Shown here in pieces: positions 49,500 to 64,000 of a DNA stretch of 64,000 nt. The notes under the pieces are model-generated. The model was not told the origin of the DNA. It worked only from the letters and a program-made list of their open reading frames with translations, and did no database searches. This DNA comes from Sphyrna mokarran (taxonomy: Eukaryota). How positions within the stretch are numbered: position 1 is the first letter of the stretch; each line of letters begins with the position of its first letter. Where the stretch lies: contig JAGIQG010000040.1 in the NCBI GenBank assembly GCA_024679065.1, forward strand, positions 9,176,001 to 9,240,000, given 5' to 3'. The position numbers and the translations under genes were made by a program.

Positions 49500-49997
49500 C
49501 TCATGATCCCTATTTTAAATCAGTTTCTATACCCCTCCATTCCCATTCTGTTCATGTGCCCATCTAAGTATTTCTTAAATAACTCCAGAGTGCCTGCCTC
49601 CACCACTTTACTTGGCAGTGCATTCCATACCTCCACCACCATCTGTGTGAAAAAACTCCCTCTAGCATCCAAATTATACCTTACCCCCCTCATCCTAAGC
49701 CTGTGACTCCTCGTGCTATTTGAGTCCATCCTAGGAAAAAGCTTAACCCTGTTTAATCTATCAATCCCCTTCAAAATATTGTACACCTCTATCAGATCTC
49801 CTCTAAGTCTACGTCTTTCTAAGGAAAACAGTCCCAATTTGCCTAATCTCTCCTCGTAACTCCGACCTTCCATACCAGGCAGCATCCTGGTAAACCTCCT
49901 CTGCACTCTCTCCAGAGTCTCCACGTCTTTCCGGTAGTAAGGCGATCAGAACTGGACGCAGTATTCCAAATGAGGTCTAACCAGCGTTTTATACAAC
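49500..49997 (-). mobile_element. CR1 LINE 3' fragment
   Basis: [29 protein letters not shown]...FFTQ. Confidence 0.9.
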
Positions 49998-50639
49998 TAC
50001 TTTATACAATTAGTTCTTTTTTTTTGCGTTCTGAAGTTCTGCATGATGTATTGATGGGTGTCATGTTTCCAAGTTTTGTATCATTCATGGATTTTGAAAG
50101 TCTGGCCTCCATATGAAGTTCTCGGTCATTTCTATGTCATGAAGATCAAGGTTCATATAACATATTCCTGGCAACATGACTGCAAGCTTTGTTCCAGTCG
50201 AAAAATAGATACGAATTGTTTCCTGGAACTCAGACAATTCCCTATCCATGTTGTTCCTGTCCATTTTATTCTCTGATCTCCCCAGTTACGCACACGACTG
50301 TGGTGCAGCACCGTATCACACGACTTTTGGACGCCCATTAAAAGAAATATCTTCACAAACAATTTCTGTGACACAAGTTAATTAAACTCGATTTGACCTG
50401 ACTAAATACATTCCGGCTGAAGTTGTCAAAAAATATCAGTGGGATGGTTTCTGCAGTGAGGAAGAGAGTGAAGATACAAGTACTAATCGTGTTGAAGATG
50501 CAACGATAGATTGGAAATTTGGGCATTGGCGAGGGCATTGAGCATATCTGGGATATTGTCACACTATTTGTTCACTTACCTTAAAAAAATTAATGCGTTT
50601 GAAAAAAAGTTCAGAGAGGGTTCACTAAACTATTGCCAA

Positions 50640-52157
50640 CTATGAGCGAGTAGGATTCTCTGCGAGGCTAGAGAGGAGATTGCAGAGCCTTTGGCTTTGA
50701 TCTTCATGTCGTCGTTGGCTACAGGTATAGTGCCGGAAGACTGGAGGATGGCAAATGTTGTCCCTTTGTTCAAAAAGGGGAGTAGGGACCATCCTGGAAA
50801 TTATAGACCTATGAGCCTGACTTCTGTTGTGGGCAAAGTCTTGGAAAGAATTATAAGGGACAGGATTTATAAGCATCTAGAGAGAAATAAATTGATTAGG
50901 GATAGTCAGCACGGTTTTGTGAAGGGTAGGTCATGCCTCACAAACCTTATTGAGTTTTTTGAGGAGGTGACCAAAGAGGTAGATAAGGGTAAGGCAGTTG
51001 ATGTTGTGTATATGGATTTTAGCAAAGCGTTTGATAAGGTTCCCCATGGTAGGCTACTGCAGAAAGTGCAGATGCATGGGATTGAAGGTGATTTAGCAGT
51101 TTGGATTAGGAATTGGCTAGCTGATAGAAGACAGATGGTGGTGGTTGATGGGAAATATTCAACCTGGAGTGCAGTTACAAGTGGTGTACCTCAAGGATCT
51201 GTTTTAGGGCCACTGCTGCTTGTCATTTTTATAAATGACCTAGATGAGGGTGTAGAGGGTTGGATTAGTAAATTTGCTGATGATACCAAAGTGGGGGGAG
51301 TTGTAGACAGCGAGGATGGATGTTACAGTTTGCAGAGGTACATAGATAGGTTGCAGAGCTGGGCCGTGAGGTGGCAAATGGAATTCAATACGGATAAGTG
51401 TGAGGTGATTCACTTTGGTAGGAATAACAGGCATATGAAATATAGGGCTAATGGAAGGACCCTTAATAGTGTTGTCGATCAGAGGGATCTTGGGGTACAA
51501 GTACATAGCTCTTTGAAAGTTGGCACCCAGGTTGATAAAGTTGTTAAGAAGGCGTACGGTGTGTTAGCTTTTATTGGTAGAGGGATTGAATTTAGGAGCC
51601 GTGATGTTATGTTACAACTGTACAAAACTCTGGTGCGGCCGCACTTGGAGTATTGCGTACAGTTCTGGTCGCCGCATTATAAGAAAGATGTGGAAGCATC
51701 GGAAAGGGTGCAGAGGAGGTTTACCAGGATGTTGCCTGGTATGGTGGGAAGGCTTTATGAGGAAAGGCTGAGGGACCTGAGGTTATTTTCATTAGAGAGA
51801 AGAAGGTTACGCGGTGACCTAATTGAGGCATATAAGATGATCGAAGGACTGGATAGGGTGGATAGTGAGAGCCGTTTTCCTCGGATGGTGATGACCAACA
51901 CGAGGGGACATAACTTTAAATTAAGAGGTGGTAGTTATAGGACGGATGTCAGAGGCAGGTTCTTCACCCAGAGGGTGGTGAGGGCGTGGAATGCCCTGCC
52001 TGCAGCAGTTGTGGACTCGCCTACTTTGGGGGCATTCAAATGTTCGGTGGATAGGCATATGGATGATATTTGAATAGTTTAGGTTAGAGGGTCCACTGGC
52101 CGGCGCAACATCGAGGGCCGAAGGGCCTGTACTGCGCTGTAATGTTCTATGTTCTAT
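50640..52157 (+). mobile_element. Young 5'-truncated CR1 LINE with uninterrupted RT ORF (50691-52073)
   Basis: 460 aa with NYRP, QHGF, DFSKAFD, GVPQGS and FADD; tail gttctatgttcta; no endonuclease domain. Confidence 0.95.
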
Positions 52158-52689
52158 ATGAGAAAAGGTTGGTGACGTCAGGTTTCTACTCAGGAAAGTT
52201 CAGAAGAGTGAGGAGACTTAATTGCCTGAATCCTTCAAAACACTAAGCAGTGCTAACAGTGTGGATGTTCAGCGGAAGTTTCCTCCTGTCTAGAGTTGTG
52301 GTTCCATTGGATGTGTATCTGAATGCAGTTACCTCGGGTCTTGACTCGGCGTCTGTTCCAATGCTGCTGTACTGTCCACGGGAGGACGCTCTCTGATCAC
52401 TTACCGAACATCATGGCCTCTTTTTATACAAAGTGACTACCGATAGGAAAATGGGCGGAGAATAAAAATCCCATCCAATCACATTGCACATTCCTAGTCC
52501 TTTTGATTCAACCTTTAAATCAATACATTTATTTAACACCAATGTCCTCATTCTGAACTGAATATCTCGGAAATAGACAACAATGAATTATAAGCATGAC
52601 TGAGTAATAAAAGAAAGCGAGCCACTGGGAAATACACACCCCGTGATACCTTTTTTGATATTGACTACAGTCAGTTTTTAAACAGAAGC

Positions 52690-54030
52690 AAATATCTTGC
52701 AAGGGACATTGAGGATCACTGAATTGAAAACATAACTGACCAACAGAATGAATTGAATCACCGGTTAATACTGATGGCAATTTTGAATTTGATTATCGTC
52801 AGCTTTTACACAAAGTCAACTACATTTAAAAGGAGGAGAATCAAGAATTATCTGTTCTTCACACTTGAGTCTTTTTTAAATGTTTATTTTGGGCGTGATT
52901 ATTTTGTGAAATGTGCGCCATTTCCCCTATAAGAAAACTACATGAATGCTTTTACCCAGTTTCGATCCGGGGACTTTTCACGTGTTAGGCGAACGTGATA
53001 ACCGCTACACTACAGAAACAACGTAAAGAGCAGTGGAGCAAAAGTGCCTGTCTGCAGTGTTCAACTATGCTGTGTTGCTGCAGGTTCGAATGGTGAGATT
53101 GAGAACCCGTGTCACATAGTTTGGGAAAATAACTGTGGCTTTCAATCTTATTGTATGACTCATCCCAAATATCAAAATCTTAAGAAGTTCGTGCTGCAAG
53201 TATCTAAGGAAGAACGATTTCTGCCCATTTATTAATGCACCATTTTCATCTTTCTTCGAATAATCTCAATCAACTGTATTTAGTAATAAAAGCAAATTAG
53301 CGCCCATGGGATAAGAGAAAATGCTGCAAAATCTCACAGTGTTTAACAGCACCTGTAACGAGTGAAAGGGGCGGACGTTTCGATTCCAGATGACTCTTTA
53401 TGAAAGCTCATTATACAATTGTACTCAGAATTTGCTTCAAAATTTAGTATTAATGCATTATTTAACATATATGGCTTCATTATGAATTGAATACCCGTGA
53501 AATTGAACATCAATGAATTGAAAAAATAACTGACCAACAGAACGAATTGGATCATCGGGTAATACAGGTCACAGTTTTGAGATTGATTATCGTCAGCTTT
53601 TAAACAAAGTCAACTCCATTTAAATGGAGGAAAATCCAGAATTATCTGATAGTGCCCCTTGAGCCTTTTTTATTATGGGTGTGAAACATTCAGGAGCATA
53701 AATTCTGCCCCGTTTCACGAACGTTCAGTAGATCCGCACTGAATCTCGATTCGCTCATCTGTCTGAGTGGCTTTTTTTTTCTGTTTCGAGTGATGAAAAA
53801 CGATTTAAAAAAATATTCTGCTGTGAAATCAACGCCATTTCCTCTTTTTCACTTACAGTATCACCTGTATCTGTCTTTTTGAGAACAGGCTACTATCAGA
53901 TATTTCAGATGGTGATTAACCATATTAATCTGCACCTATAAACCCACTAAATTCTGTTGTAGACTGAACGAGATGCGAATATGTGCTCGGCGTCAAAAGC
54001 GAACTCCCCCCCTCCCCTGCCGCCCCCGTC
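52690..54030 (-). repeat. Inverted dispersed copy of the tRNA-Val repeat unit at 36.7-38.75 kb
   Basis: For example ctactatcagatatttcagatggtgattaaccatat (53890) is the reverse complement of 37289-37324. Confidence 0.85.
52947..53019 (-). pseudogene. tRNA-Val (AAC), probable pseudogene
   Basis: GTTTCTGTAGTGTAGCGGTTATCACGTTCGCCTAACACGTGAAAAGTCCCCGGATCGAAACTGGGTAAAAGCA; weakened acceptor stem and T54A. Confidence 0.8.
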
Positions 54031-55313
54031 AATGCGTCAATAAAAAAAACAGTGAATGGCAACATGTCTGAAAGTTGTGAGAAAAATTGACTGATACAGG
54101 CTTTTTTGACTGGCCATTGCTTCTTCACTCAGTGGCCGTGTGTTATACAGTGGAGGATGATTGAAATTTTCACTGATCACCATTTAAATAGACAGTGGAT
54201 TCACACCATGTGATGGTGCGTTCCAGTTCTATATCCACAACTACATCAATTTCTATCAGTTACTGTGAATCCCATATTACTAATAGGTTGGAAATTTACA
54301 ACAGCATGATCTAATATATCTCGTTTTAGTTGAAATGAATATTCATCGATCAGGGAGACCCTTCCTCGGATCTTAGCTCAGACTCCAAACGTTGGTTCCA
54401 TTAGTTCAACGAAGTTGCCACGTCCATTATGGCAGTACCTTTGTTGGACTTTCCTCCAGCAAAAAAATAATCACTTTCAAATAGATATTGTCAACTGAAA
54501 ATATAGATGCGTTTGCCAGAATTAAGTGATTTATGATGTCAGTAGTGAATATAACCACAGCGAATTTGACCTGACAATACTCAGTGGAGCCTTGTGAAGT
54601 AGATCTCTCGAACACGTGAGAATTTCCTGGGATGAATCTGATCGACATTGAATAGACACAAGCCAGTTTGGGCCGACTGTAACCAGGTTGGACTGGAACT
54701 GTTTATACTCCAGTACAGATATTGAGCAGAGTACCCCAATACCCAATGTACCAGTGCAGAGCTGGGGACGTTCGGCCTGAAAGTAACTGGGATGGACTGG
54801 AAACTAAGCTTGGCCAATTTGATGTAATTGAAATGTCCTGGCAAAAAATTGACATAGTCGTGAAGAAAGGCAACTCTTAACGTAGCCTAGTTAAGCGTCC
54901 TTCCCATGGGCACTAATAGATGGCTGGAAGTGAGTTGACTCAATGAGAGATCTTTAGAACTAAATTTCATCCTATCATTTGGTCGTGATTTTGAACATTT
55001 CTGTTCAGTTTTCCACGGACTATTTGCATTTCTTAATGTTCTGTAGCTATGTTCTGTAATGAAACGAATGTCCAGGCAAACTAGATTATGCCTTAGTCTC
55101 TGGGTATTTCGATCAAGGAGATTTGAGAACTCATTGAAAAAAACATTATATTCGATCACACATAAAAGACAGCTGGGTAGCAGCTGCACTAATTTGTTTT
55201 TCACAATAAAATTAATAATATAAAAAACTAATTATTTCCCTGGAGCCTCACATTATGTATAAATGTTACAACATTTATTGTCAGACTGTGCGTGCTCAAA
55301 GTCTCCGATAAAA

Positions 55314-58112
55314 ATGCATGTACCTCCGAAAGGGTTGGTGTTCGCCATTTACTATCCACTCATTGCAACTATTGGAGTTCCAGGTACAGTTTTGTAGTTA
55401 GTTACTTTCATGTATCGTCTTTGTTCAGCTGCAACATTTCTTTTTTCAGTTTTATCACTAGCGCATCCCTAACACACGGCATTCACTTTTATCATTTAGA
55501 GTGATGAATTTTCCCCTAAAATATGCAGATTCTTCCAGTCAACTGATCATTTTGTCCTTTTTCACACGATAATTTTATAAATTTTAAGAGTTTTATTCTT
55601 CATTTGAATGATATAATGTTTTGAATCTGTCGGCACAATTTGCTGAATGAATAGTGAACATTGTCGTTTTAGGCAGTGTATTTTAACTCAAGTAACAGAA
55701 AAAGGTATTGACATGATAATGTCTCCCATTCAACTACGTTCTGCCTATCTGTGACCTGTGCCTTACTTTGGATTCCACCCCCTTCCCCCCGCCCCCATCA
55801 GCCTTGCCATTTATCACTGCAAATTCAATTTAGAAATGCAGTTATATTTTCTTAGCAATGCTATTATAGATGGATTCTTTGAAAGTTATTATGCTATACA
55901 TGTAGTTCCATTACGACGTTGACATACTAACTATTACGAATTTTCTCTTGGATACCACGGCATAACCCCATTTCTGCAGAATTATTGGCGCTGCTATTGG
56001 GAATTATAACTATTCCATTGCAAACGTGTAACTTTTTATTATTATTCTTATTATTGATATTCTAGAATTATCGCTTTGTCACCTCCCTGTACGTGTAAAT
56101 GGCATTATTTTCTCCCTGTTCCTGTGTTGTTATCACGGTATAATTCTAGATTTCTGTCATGTTGTTGACATTAAGATAAATTGATTGAATCGTACGAAGA
56201 ATTTCTATCTGAATATCATGAAAGATTTTATTGACAGACCTTAGGTATCAACGACTTTTTGACAATATAGGAGGATTGCAATAATGGCTGTCTGATGAAT
56301 GATTGGCACACACCAATAACAAACAAAGCACACCGTTTTGTCTCCAGTCTCGACCCTCGACACTCTTTGCACAAGTCATCATTTGTCTGCATTCTTTTCT
56401 GATTATTTTGACTATGTTGACGGAGGCAGAGTAACTGTCAGCAGATTTTGGATGGAATATAAGTGATTCTGGAAATGCCTGCACGACTGTTTCAGGAATT
56501 TCAGAAGAGAGGTTCAAGGACCCAATACTGCTTGCGAGTTCTTAATCTTCAAATATCCACTTCCCTCAGATTTGTTTATTTTAACCCCTACAATTAGAGC
56601 AATACTCTCTCCAAGTGCGCCCTTTGCATCTGTCAGTTTCAGAGATTCATTATACACCAGCAATTACACTTATTTTTCAGGGTTGGAGCCCCTTTCAATA
56701 CTTCCTCTGTAAATTCAGAGAAACGCTGATATGTTCCCCTTTCTTTGATTGAAGATTTATAGGTTGGTTTAATGCAGACATTTCCAAAAGTGAATATTTT
56801 AGGAATAATTCGCCAGATGGAGCAAATGTCGAAACTGAGCGAAATGGAAGCTTTCCAGTTGAATATTGCAATGAATGTTTTTTATAATTTAATATTCAAC
56901 GTATTCTGTTGGAAGTTGCTGACTATTCTTGAAGTTGCATTTATGGTTTTTCAATATGTTCTTACCTTTCATTATATTGTATTGCATCATGATGCAATTC
57001 CATGTCAAAGACCCATTTTATTTATAATTCTTGTGATCGTGTGAATGAAAACCGGGAGAAGGGATAGTCTGCAATGCAGAAGCAAGTGAAAGATTTTTAA
57101 TTTCATGCGCGATCTTGTATCATTTTGATGTGAGGTGAGAAAGTAACATCTTATCTCTAATGTTGCCATGCATATGTTCTCTTGACTTCTCTGTTTTACA
57201 GCTAACTTGGCAGTCGCTATAATCCTATGCCGAAGGAGCTGTGGTCTCTCCAGATGTATAATTTACTATGTGGTGTCCATGGCGGTGACAGATCTCTTGG
57301 TCATTATTACCAGCGTGATATTAAACCGGATTGCTGGGATTTATTTCCCTGGTAGTTTTCTGTCAGTCACCCCAATCTGCAGTCTTCATGTTGTGATAAC
57401 CTATGCAAGCATTGATAGTTCTGCCTGGTTAACAGTTGCTTTCACCTTTGATCGATTCGTGGCCATTTGCTGCCAGAAACTGAAAATCAAATACTGCACA
57501 GAGAAGACAGCGGCGTGGGTCATAGGGACCGTGGGCACACTGAGCTCTCTGAAATCATCCTTCCTGTATTTTATCTTTGAACCGTTGTATGTAGTTGACA
57601 ACATACCTTGGTTCTGTGTTATAAAACAATTCTTTTATACATCCCTCGCATGGAACGCCTATGATTTGTTTCGAACAATTTCAATGCCCTGTATCCCATT
57701 CATTCTGATTTTATTGTTCAATGCTCTGACTGTCAGACACATTCTGGCAGCCAATCGGACCCGCACGAGGCTTCGGGCACAGAGTAATGGGGAAAAGCAG
57801 AGAGACCCAGAGATGGAGAAACGGAGAAAGTCCATTATTTTGCTCTTTGCAATATCGGGCATTTTCATTCTCTCATATGCGTTATTTTTTGTGACGATTC
57901 TCTATGTCCAAATTGCAAAGGTTCCTTATTTCTCAGATCCTAATACTAGTGAATGGTCATTTATTTTGGAGGAAAGCGGGTATGTGCTTCAGTTTCTGAG
58001 TTCTTGCATCAACCCGTTTATTTATGCAGGGACTCAGAGCAATTTCAGGGCCGAATTAAAGAATGGAGTGAATTATCTACTGAGATTATTTGTTAATGTG
58101 TTTAAGATTTGA
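55314..58112 (+). CDS. GPR139/GPR142-like class A GPCR, copy C (326 aa; exons 55314-55383 and 57202-58112)
   Basis: TATAAA at 55258; exon 1 MHVPPKGLVFAIYYPLIATIGVP with gtacag donor; acceptor ttttacag; DRF and NPFIY motifs. Confidence 0.9.
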
Positions 58113-58299
58113 AAATATGAGATAGAAAACAAAAATTTCTTTAAACTCCAACAATTCTTCTACTTTTCAATGCCACACAAGGCCATCCTTCAAATATGTT
58201 CTTGTTTATGTGCACGTACACCAATGTGTGAATAAAGAAATTTATAAGGAAAACTGAATCAACGTGAAAACAAAATCGGTATTGCAATCTTGAGAATCC

Positions 58300-59060
58300 A
58301 CGGGTTTCCAATGTCTCTATATTTCAGTCCATAGAGTGAATCAGTGAATCCCTTCCCACACACAGAGCAGATGAACAGTTTGTCCCGGTGTGAATGTGTT
58401 GGTGTCTCAGCAGGCCAGACGACTGAGTGAATCCTTTCCACTTACGGAGGAAAGAAACAGCCTCTCCCGGGTGTGAGGGCGTTGGTATTTCAGTAGATCA
58501 TCACTTCTTTTAAAGGTCTTATCGAATTCTGTGCATTGAAAAGATCTCTTGTCAGAGTGAATTTGTTGGTGTTGATTGTAGCAGGAAAACTGAGCAAATC
58601 TCTTGCCACAAATGGAGCAGGAGAACAGCGTCTCCCCTGTATGAATGTGGCGGTGTGTTTGGAGGCTGGATGGCTCGGTAAAAAGCTTTCCTACACTCAG
58701 AACAGGTGAATGCCCTCTCCTCAGTGTGAACACACTAATGTAACACAAGCTGGGATGAACGAGGAAAACTTCCCATACAGGGCACAGAGTAACGGCCTCT
58801 CCCCAGTGTGAAAGAGCTGGTGTTGGGTTAGTTCCTGAGAGATGTCAATGTTGACCCCAGAATCAGAGCTTTGTATAGACTTCTGAATAATGTGATGAGT
58901 CAGTGAGCCTGCAGGATGGATGAAGACATGAATTGCTTCCCTGACAAGGAGCAGGTGAATGAACTTTCACTATTGTGAGATCGTTGTCGTGTCACCATGT
59001 TTTGCAGCTGTATCAATCCCTTCCCACAGCAGAAGCAGATGAATGAATTCTCACCAGTTT
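58300..59060 (-). pseudogene. C2H2 zinc-finger array remnant
   Basis: HTGETLFSCSICGKRF...HSDKRSFQCTEFDKTF, broken by frameshifts. Confidence 0.8.
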
Positions 59061-59455
59061 CCAACTGAGATGGTCATTTTTTTTTCTTATTCTCATAACA
59101 TCTTTAATAAAACTTTAACATTTTCCCGGTATCAGATTTTAGATTAAGCAGTCTTTAGTTTCCTGCTTTTTGCTTCCCTCCTTTTTTTTGAATAAAGGAA
59201 TTACATTTGCTATTTTCCAATCTACTGGAATCTTCCCCAAATCTCGGGGTTGTTGGATAGCGAAAACGCTGTTATTTCCTTCCATGTTCAAAATTTTCTA
59301 TTGTTCAGTATCGGGCAAATTGTGCGATTCCATCCAATGCTGATCTGAGGTTTTGTCCGAGTATCCTGACCCCAAATCCTCCCCTTCTAAGGCCAACTAT
59401 GTTAACACCTATAACAGAGCTGAAGTTATTTTTCAATTCAGCAGAAACAGACTCA

Positions 59456-60552
<1,097 letters not shown>

Positions 60553-61249
60553 CTATGAAATTGATTTAAAACAGATTAAAAAACAAGTGAAAGAGAACCC
60601 ATAAAAACACAGGTTGTGAAACTGAGCTGAATAAATTTGGTAATTTGTGGAAATGTCACTAAGAAAAAGTGATCATGAAAACTGTTGGATTATAATCATA
60701 ACCCGACAGGTTCAGCAATGTCCTTCAGGTCAGGGAGCCTGCCATCCGGTTTGCGCCTTCACGAGACTCTGGACACAATGGGTGAAGAGAGATGGAGAGT
60801 GATAGAGAGGTGCCTACGTATGTAAGACAGAAAGATTGCCCCGATACAAACTTCACTCCCTAGCCACTCTATTCTCGTCCCCAACAACTATCTGAAGCAA
60901 AATAAAATTATTGCTCAATTCTACCCAAAACGGAGCTTCAGACCATGTAGATCTACATTTAACTACTCCATCTCTGATGTCTCCTGCAGTCACACAACCC
61001 TGTGAGATGTCTGCACTGATCTTATTGTGGCATCATGAGTGTTCCATATGCAACATGACTTGCATCTGTAAATTCTTATCCTGACCATTTCCATTGAAAT
61101 TTCAAGGCAAGCAGAGCCTTTTGTGCAGAATGGTCCAGATTCCCATCACCTTTAATGTGAACAAGTTGTTTATGATTTCACTACAGAGATTGTTTATTAA
61201 ACAATGATTGAACACAGGGGGTGAATGTGAGAAGCTGAAGCTTCCAATT

Positions 61250-61880
61250 GAAAAGATTCCCGCTGTCTCTGAGCAGCGGAACGAGGGAAGCCTTTGGGCA
61301 GAGACAGTGCTGCTATTTCCCCTCCGGACCACCAGGGACCGCTGTAACACATCCGGGCACTTCTTCGCCCAGTGGCACCTCCTACCCCCGCCGGCCAACC
61401 GTTGCTCGTTGGCAGAACATCCGGGGCCTGTAGAGAGGCGAGGACAGCCGCCATATTGCCATGACGTCAACAGCAGAAATGTAGAAAGTGAGAGAAATTC
61501 CCACCTGGAATTAAAATTAAATAAAATACATATTTTTATAAAAAGGCAGGTGGCGGAACCGCGCGTATGCTGTACTATTTTGAAAAAAAGGCGCAATAAA
61601 AAAAAACATTTTCCCGAATAGAGACGGAAACGGAAGTCTGACGGGTGAGGATGTGAATAACAATCATCACGATTCAAAATATTACAAGATTAAAAAGTAA
61701 CTGTCTAGGCTTATGTGCGGCAGTGGAAATCCCCTAGAGTGCAGCGCATGGGACGCCGTTTCCCCTGGCAATGCAAGATTGCGCCCGCCGTGGGTGATTG
61801 TGACGCAGGCGTAGTGAGGTCCTGACTGCAGCCTATTGTCCAGAATGCCCCCCAGTGGATGTGGTGGGGATGGTGCAGCA
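61250..61880. promoter_or_regulatory. CpG-rich promoter-like island
   Basis: YY1-type GCCGCCATATTG (61447-61458), CRE TGACGTCA (61462-61469), ETS-type CGGAAGT (61631) and a CTCF-like site (61845-61858). Confidence 0.6.
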
Positions 61881-62014
61881 GATGGAGCAACAATCCCAGT
61901 TTCAATGGGGGGAGAGAAGCTGCAATGCTGCTCCCTGTTGTTCACTCCTCTCCCCAGTCTCAGCATTGCAGAGCGTTTAAACAAGAGGGTGCGTTGTCAC
62001 AGCAGTACCTTGAC

Positions 62015-62315
62015 TTCAGTTTATTTATTTATTAGTGTCACTAATAAGTAGGCTTACATTAACACTGCAATACAATTCCTGTGAAAATTCCCTAGTCACC
62101 ACATTCCTGTTCGGGTACACTGACGGAGAATTTAGCATGGCCAATGCATCTAACTAGCACATCTTTGGAACTGCTGGAGGAAACCAGAGCATCTGGAGGA
62201 AATTTATGCAAACATGGGGAGAATGTGCAAACTCCACACAGATAGTGACCCAAGACGGGAATCGAATTTGAGACCCTAGCGCTGTGAAGCAGCAATGCTA
62301 ACCATTGTGCCACTG
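62015..62315 (-). mobile_element. V-SINE (HE1-like), near full length
   Basis: tRNA-derived head near 62310 and V domain gagaatgtgcaaactccacacagatagtgacccaag. Confidence 0.8.
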
Positions 62316-62529
62316 TCTTGCAACACTCTGCCCCAGATATCAAACTATTGCGATATCTTCTCCGATCAAAATCCCAATAGTGCATCAAGTCTATGTCAAC
62401 AAAGCATTTTATTTTATTCCCGTAACCCCATGTTACCCTCTAATCCCCCTAAAATTCACATCTTTGGACATTAAGGGAGAATTTAACATGGTCAATCCAT
62501 CTAACCTGCCCATCTTTCAGACCCCACAA

Positions 62530-63065
62530 ATATTCTGGTCACTCTATTATAGAAAGGATATTATTAGTTTAGAAAGAATGCAGAAAAGATTTACTAGGAT
62601 GCTATTGGGACTTGATGGATTGAGTTATAAGGAGAGCCTGGATAGACTGGGACTTTCCTCACTGGAACGTAGAAGGCTGAGGGGTGATCTTATAGAGGTC
62701 TATAAAATAATGAGGGGCACAGATCAACTAGATAGTCAATATCTTTTCCCAAAGTTAGGGGAGTCTAAAACTAGAGGGCCTAGATTTAAGATGGGAGGGG
62801 AAAGATACAAAAGCATCCAGAGAAGCATTTTTTTTTCCACACAAAGGATGACAAGTGTCTGGAACAAACTGCCAGATATAGTTGTAGAGATGGGTACAAT
62901 TTTGTCTTTTAAAATTAATTTGGACAGTTACATGGATGTGATGGGTATAGAGAAATATGGGCCAAATACACGCATTTGGGATTAGCTTAGGGGTTTTTAA
63001 AAAAGGGCAGCATGAAGCAGTTGGGCTGCAGTGCCTGTTTGGATGCTGTAAACCTCTATGACTGT
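62530..63065 (+). mobile_element. CR1 LINE 3' fragment
   Basis: FWSLYYRKDIISLERMQKRFTRML...[17 protein letters not shown]. Confidence 0.88.
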
Positions 63066-63374
63066 ATATGGGAGGAACATGAAAACCCATCCGAGGCTGG
63101 AATTGAACACGGGTCCTTGGCACTAGATGCCTGCAGTCCAACCACGGTGCTAATGTGCTGCCATTCAGGCAAATGTATTTGGAGGGAGCACAGGAGAGGT
63201 GGGGAGGAGGGGTGGGGAGGAGGGGTAAAATGATTTCTAACTCACTTTGATGAGGGGAGGGGTGGAAATCAGAAAAAAACAGCTTCGCCTCAATATTTTC
63301 CCTTATTTCTGCTTTTATTATTAATTAAAAACTAACTCACTTCTCCATTCTGCCCATCAATAGGCCTAACAGAA

Positions 63375-63910
63375 AGCAAGGAAAACGTTGTGGCACAGAA
63401 AGAGGCCATTCAGCCCATCACATCTTCACCAGCTTGGGAAATAAAGACTTCATTCTAATCCCACTTTCCAGCGATCCAGCCCCTAGCCCCCCTTTCTACA
63501 GCTTCCAGCATTTCAGCTATAGATCTGTGTGAGGCGAGTGAGCCAAGAGATTTCTGTCTGAACCATCAGTTTAGGCAGCGAATTCCAGATACCCGCCATC
63601 CCTTGAATGAGAACCTTCTTTCTCATGCCCTCTCTAATCATTCCACCACTCACTTTATACCTGTGTAGCCCCCATAACCTTCCCTCCACCCCCGCCCCGC
63701 TCCATCCTCACCCACTCATGATAAGTAACCTCTCTCTGCTCAGGGGAAACAGGCCTTTGCTATCCACTCTGTGTCGGATCCTTCATAATTTTGGACATCT
63801 CATTTCAGTCCCCCTCAGCCTCCTCTGCTCTGAGGAAAACAGGCCTTGCCTATCCAATCTCTCCTCATCACCATAATTCCCCAGCCCTGACAACACTTTT
63901 TTGTAAATCC
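63375..63910 (-). mobile_element. Degenerate CR1 3' fragment
   Basis: gaggccattcagcccatc tail and cccctcagcctcctctgctc...gaaaaca motif. Confidence 0.65.
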
Positions 63911-64000
63911 AAATAGTTATCCAATCAGGCTAAACTGTCCATTTAACATTGCCCCATCACCAACTGTGAACAACCACCAGATACTGGCATCGCTGTGGCG

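Noticed and set aside
50691-52073. Reverse transcriptase as part of a novel retron/DGR-like system
   Set aside because: Ordinary 5'-truncated CR1 ORF2 with a standard 3' tail and many degenerate relatives in the window.
61102-61677. 191-aa and overlapping ORFs in the CpG-rich region
   Set aside because: No recognisable domain; expected in GC-rich promoter DNA.

Overview
Cartilaginous-fish (shark-like) genomic DNA. The first ~29 kb holds one complete, unrearranged IgM heavy-chain minilocus on the + strand: leader-VH-D1-D2-JH with RSSs in a 23 / 12-22 / 12-12 / 23 pattern, a ~10 kb J-C intron, Cmu1-Cmu4 with secretory tail, TM1 and TM2. It looks intact except for an in-frame TAA in Cmu3 (22673-22675). 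A decayed second VH, interrupted by a Penelope-derived foldback element, lies ~6 kb upstream. The rest of the window is a segmental-duplication mosaic. It contains three two-exon GPR139/GPR142-like GPCR genes (two form the arms of a large inverted duplication), a decaying tRNA-Val array, tRNA-Phe and tRNA-Glu copies, frameshifted C2H2 zinc-finger genes, and many CR1-type LINE, V-SINE and Penelope fragments. All comparisons were made by eye, so repeat boundaries and identities are approximate.
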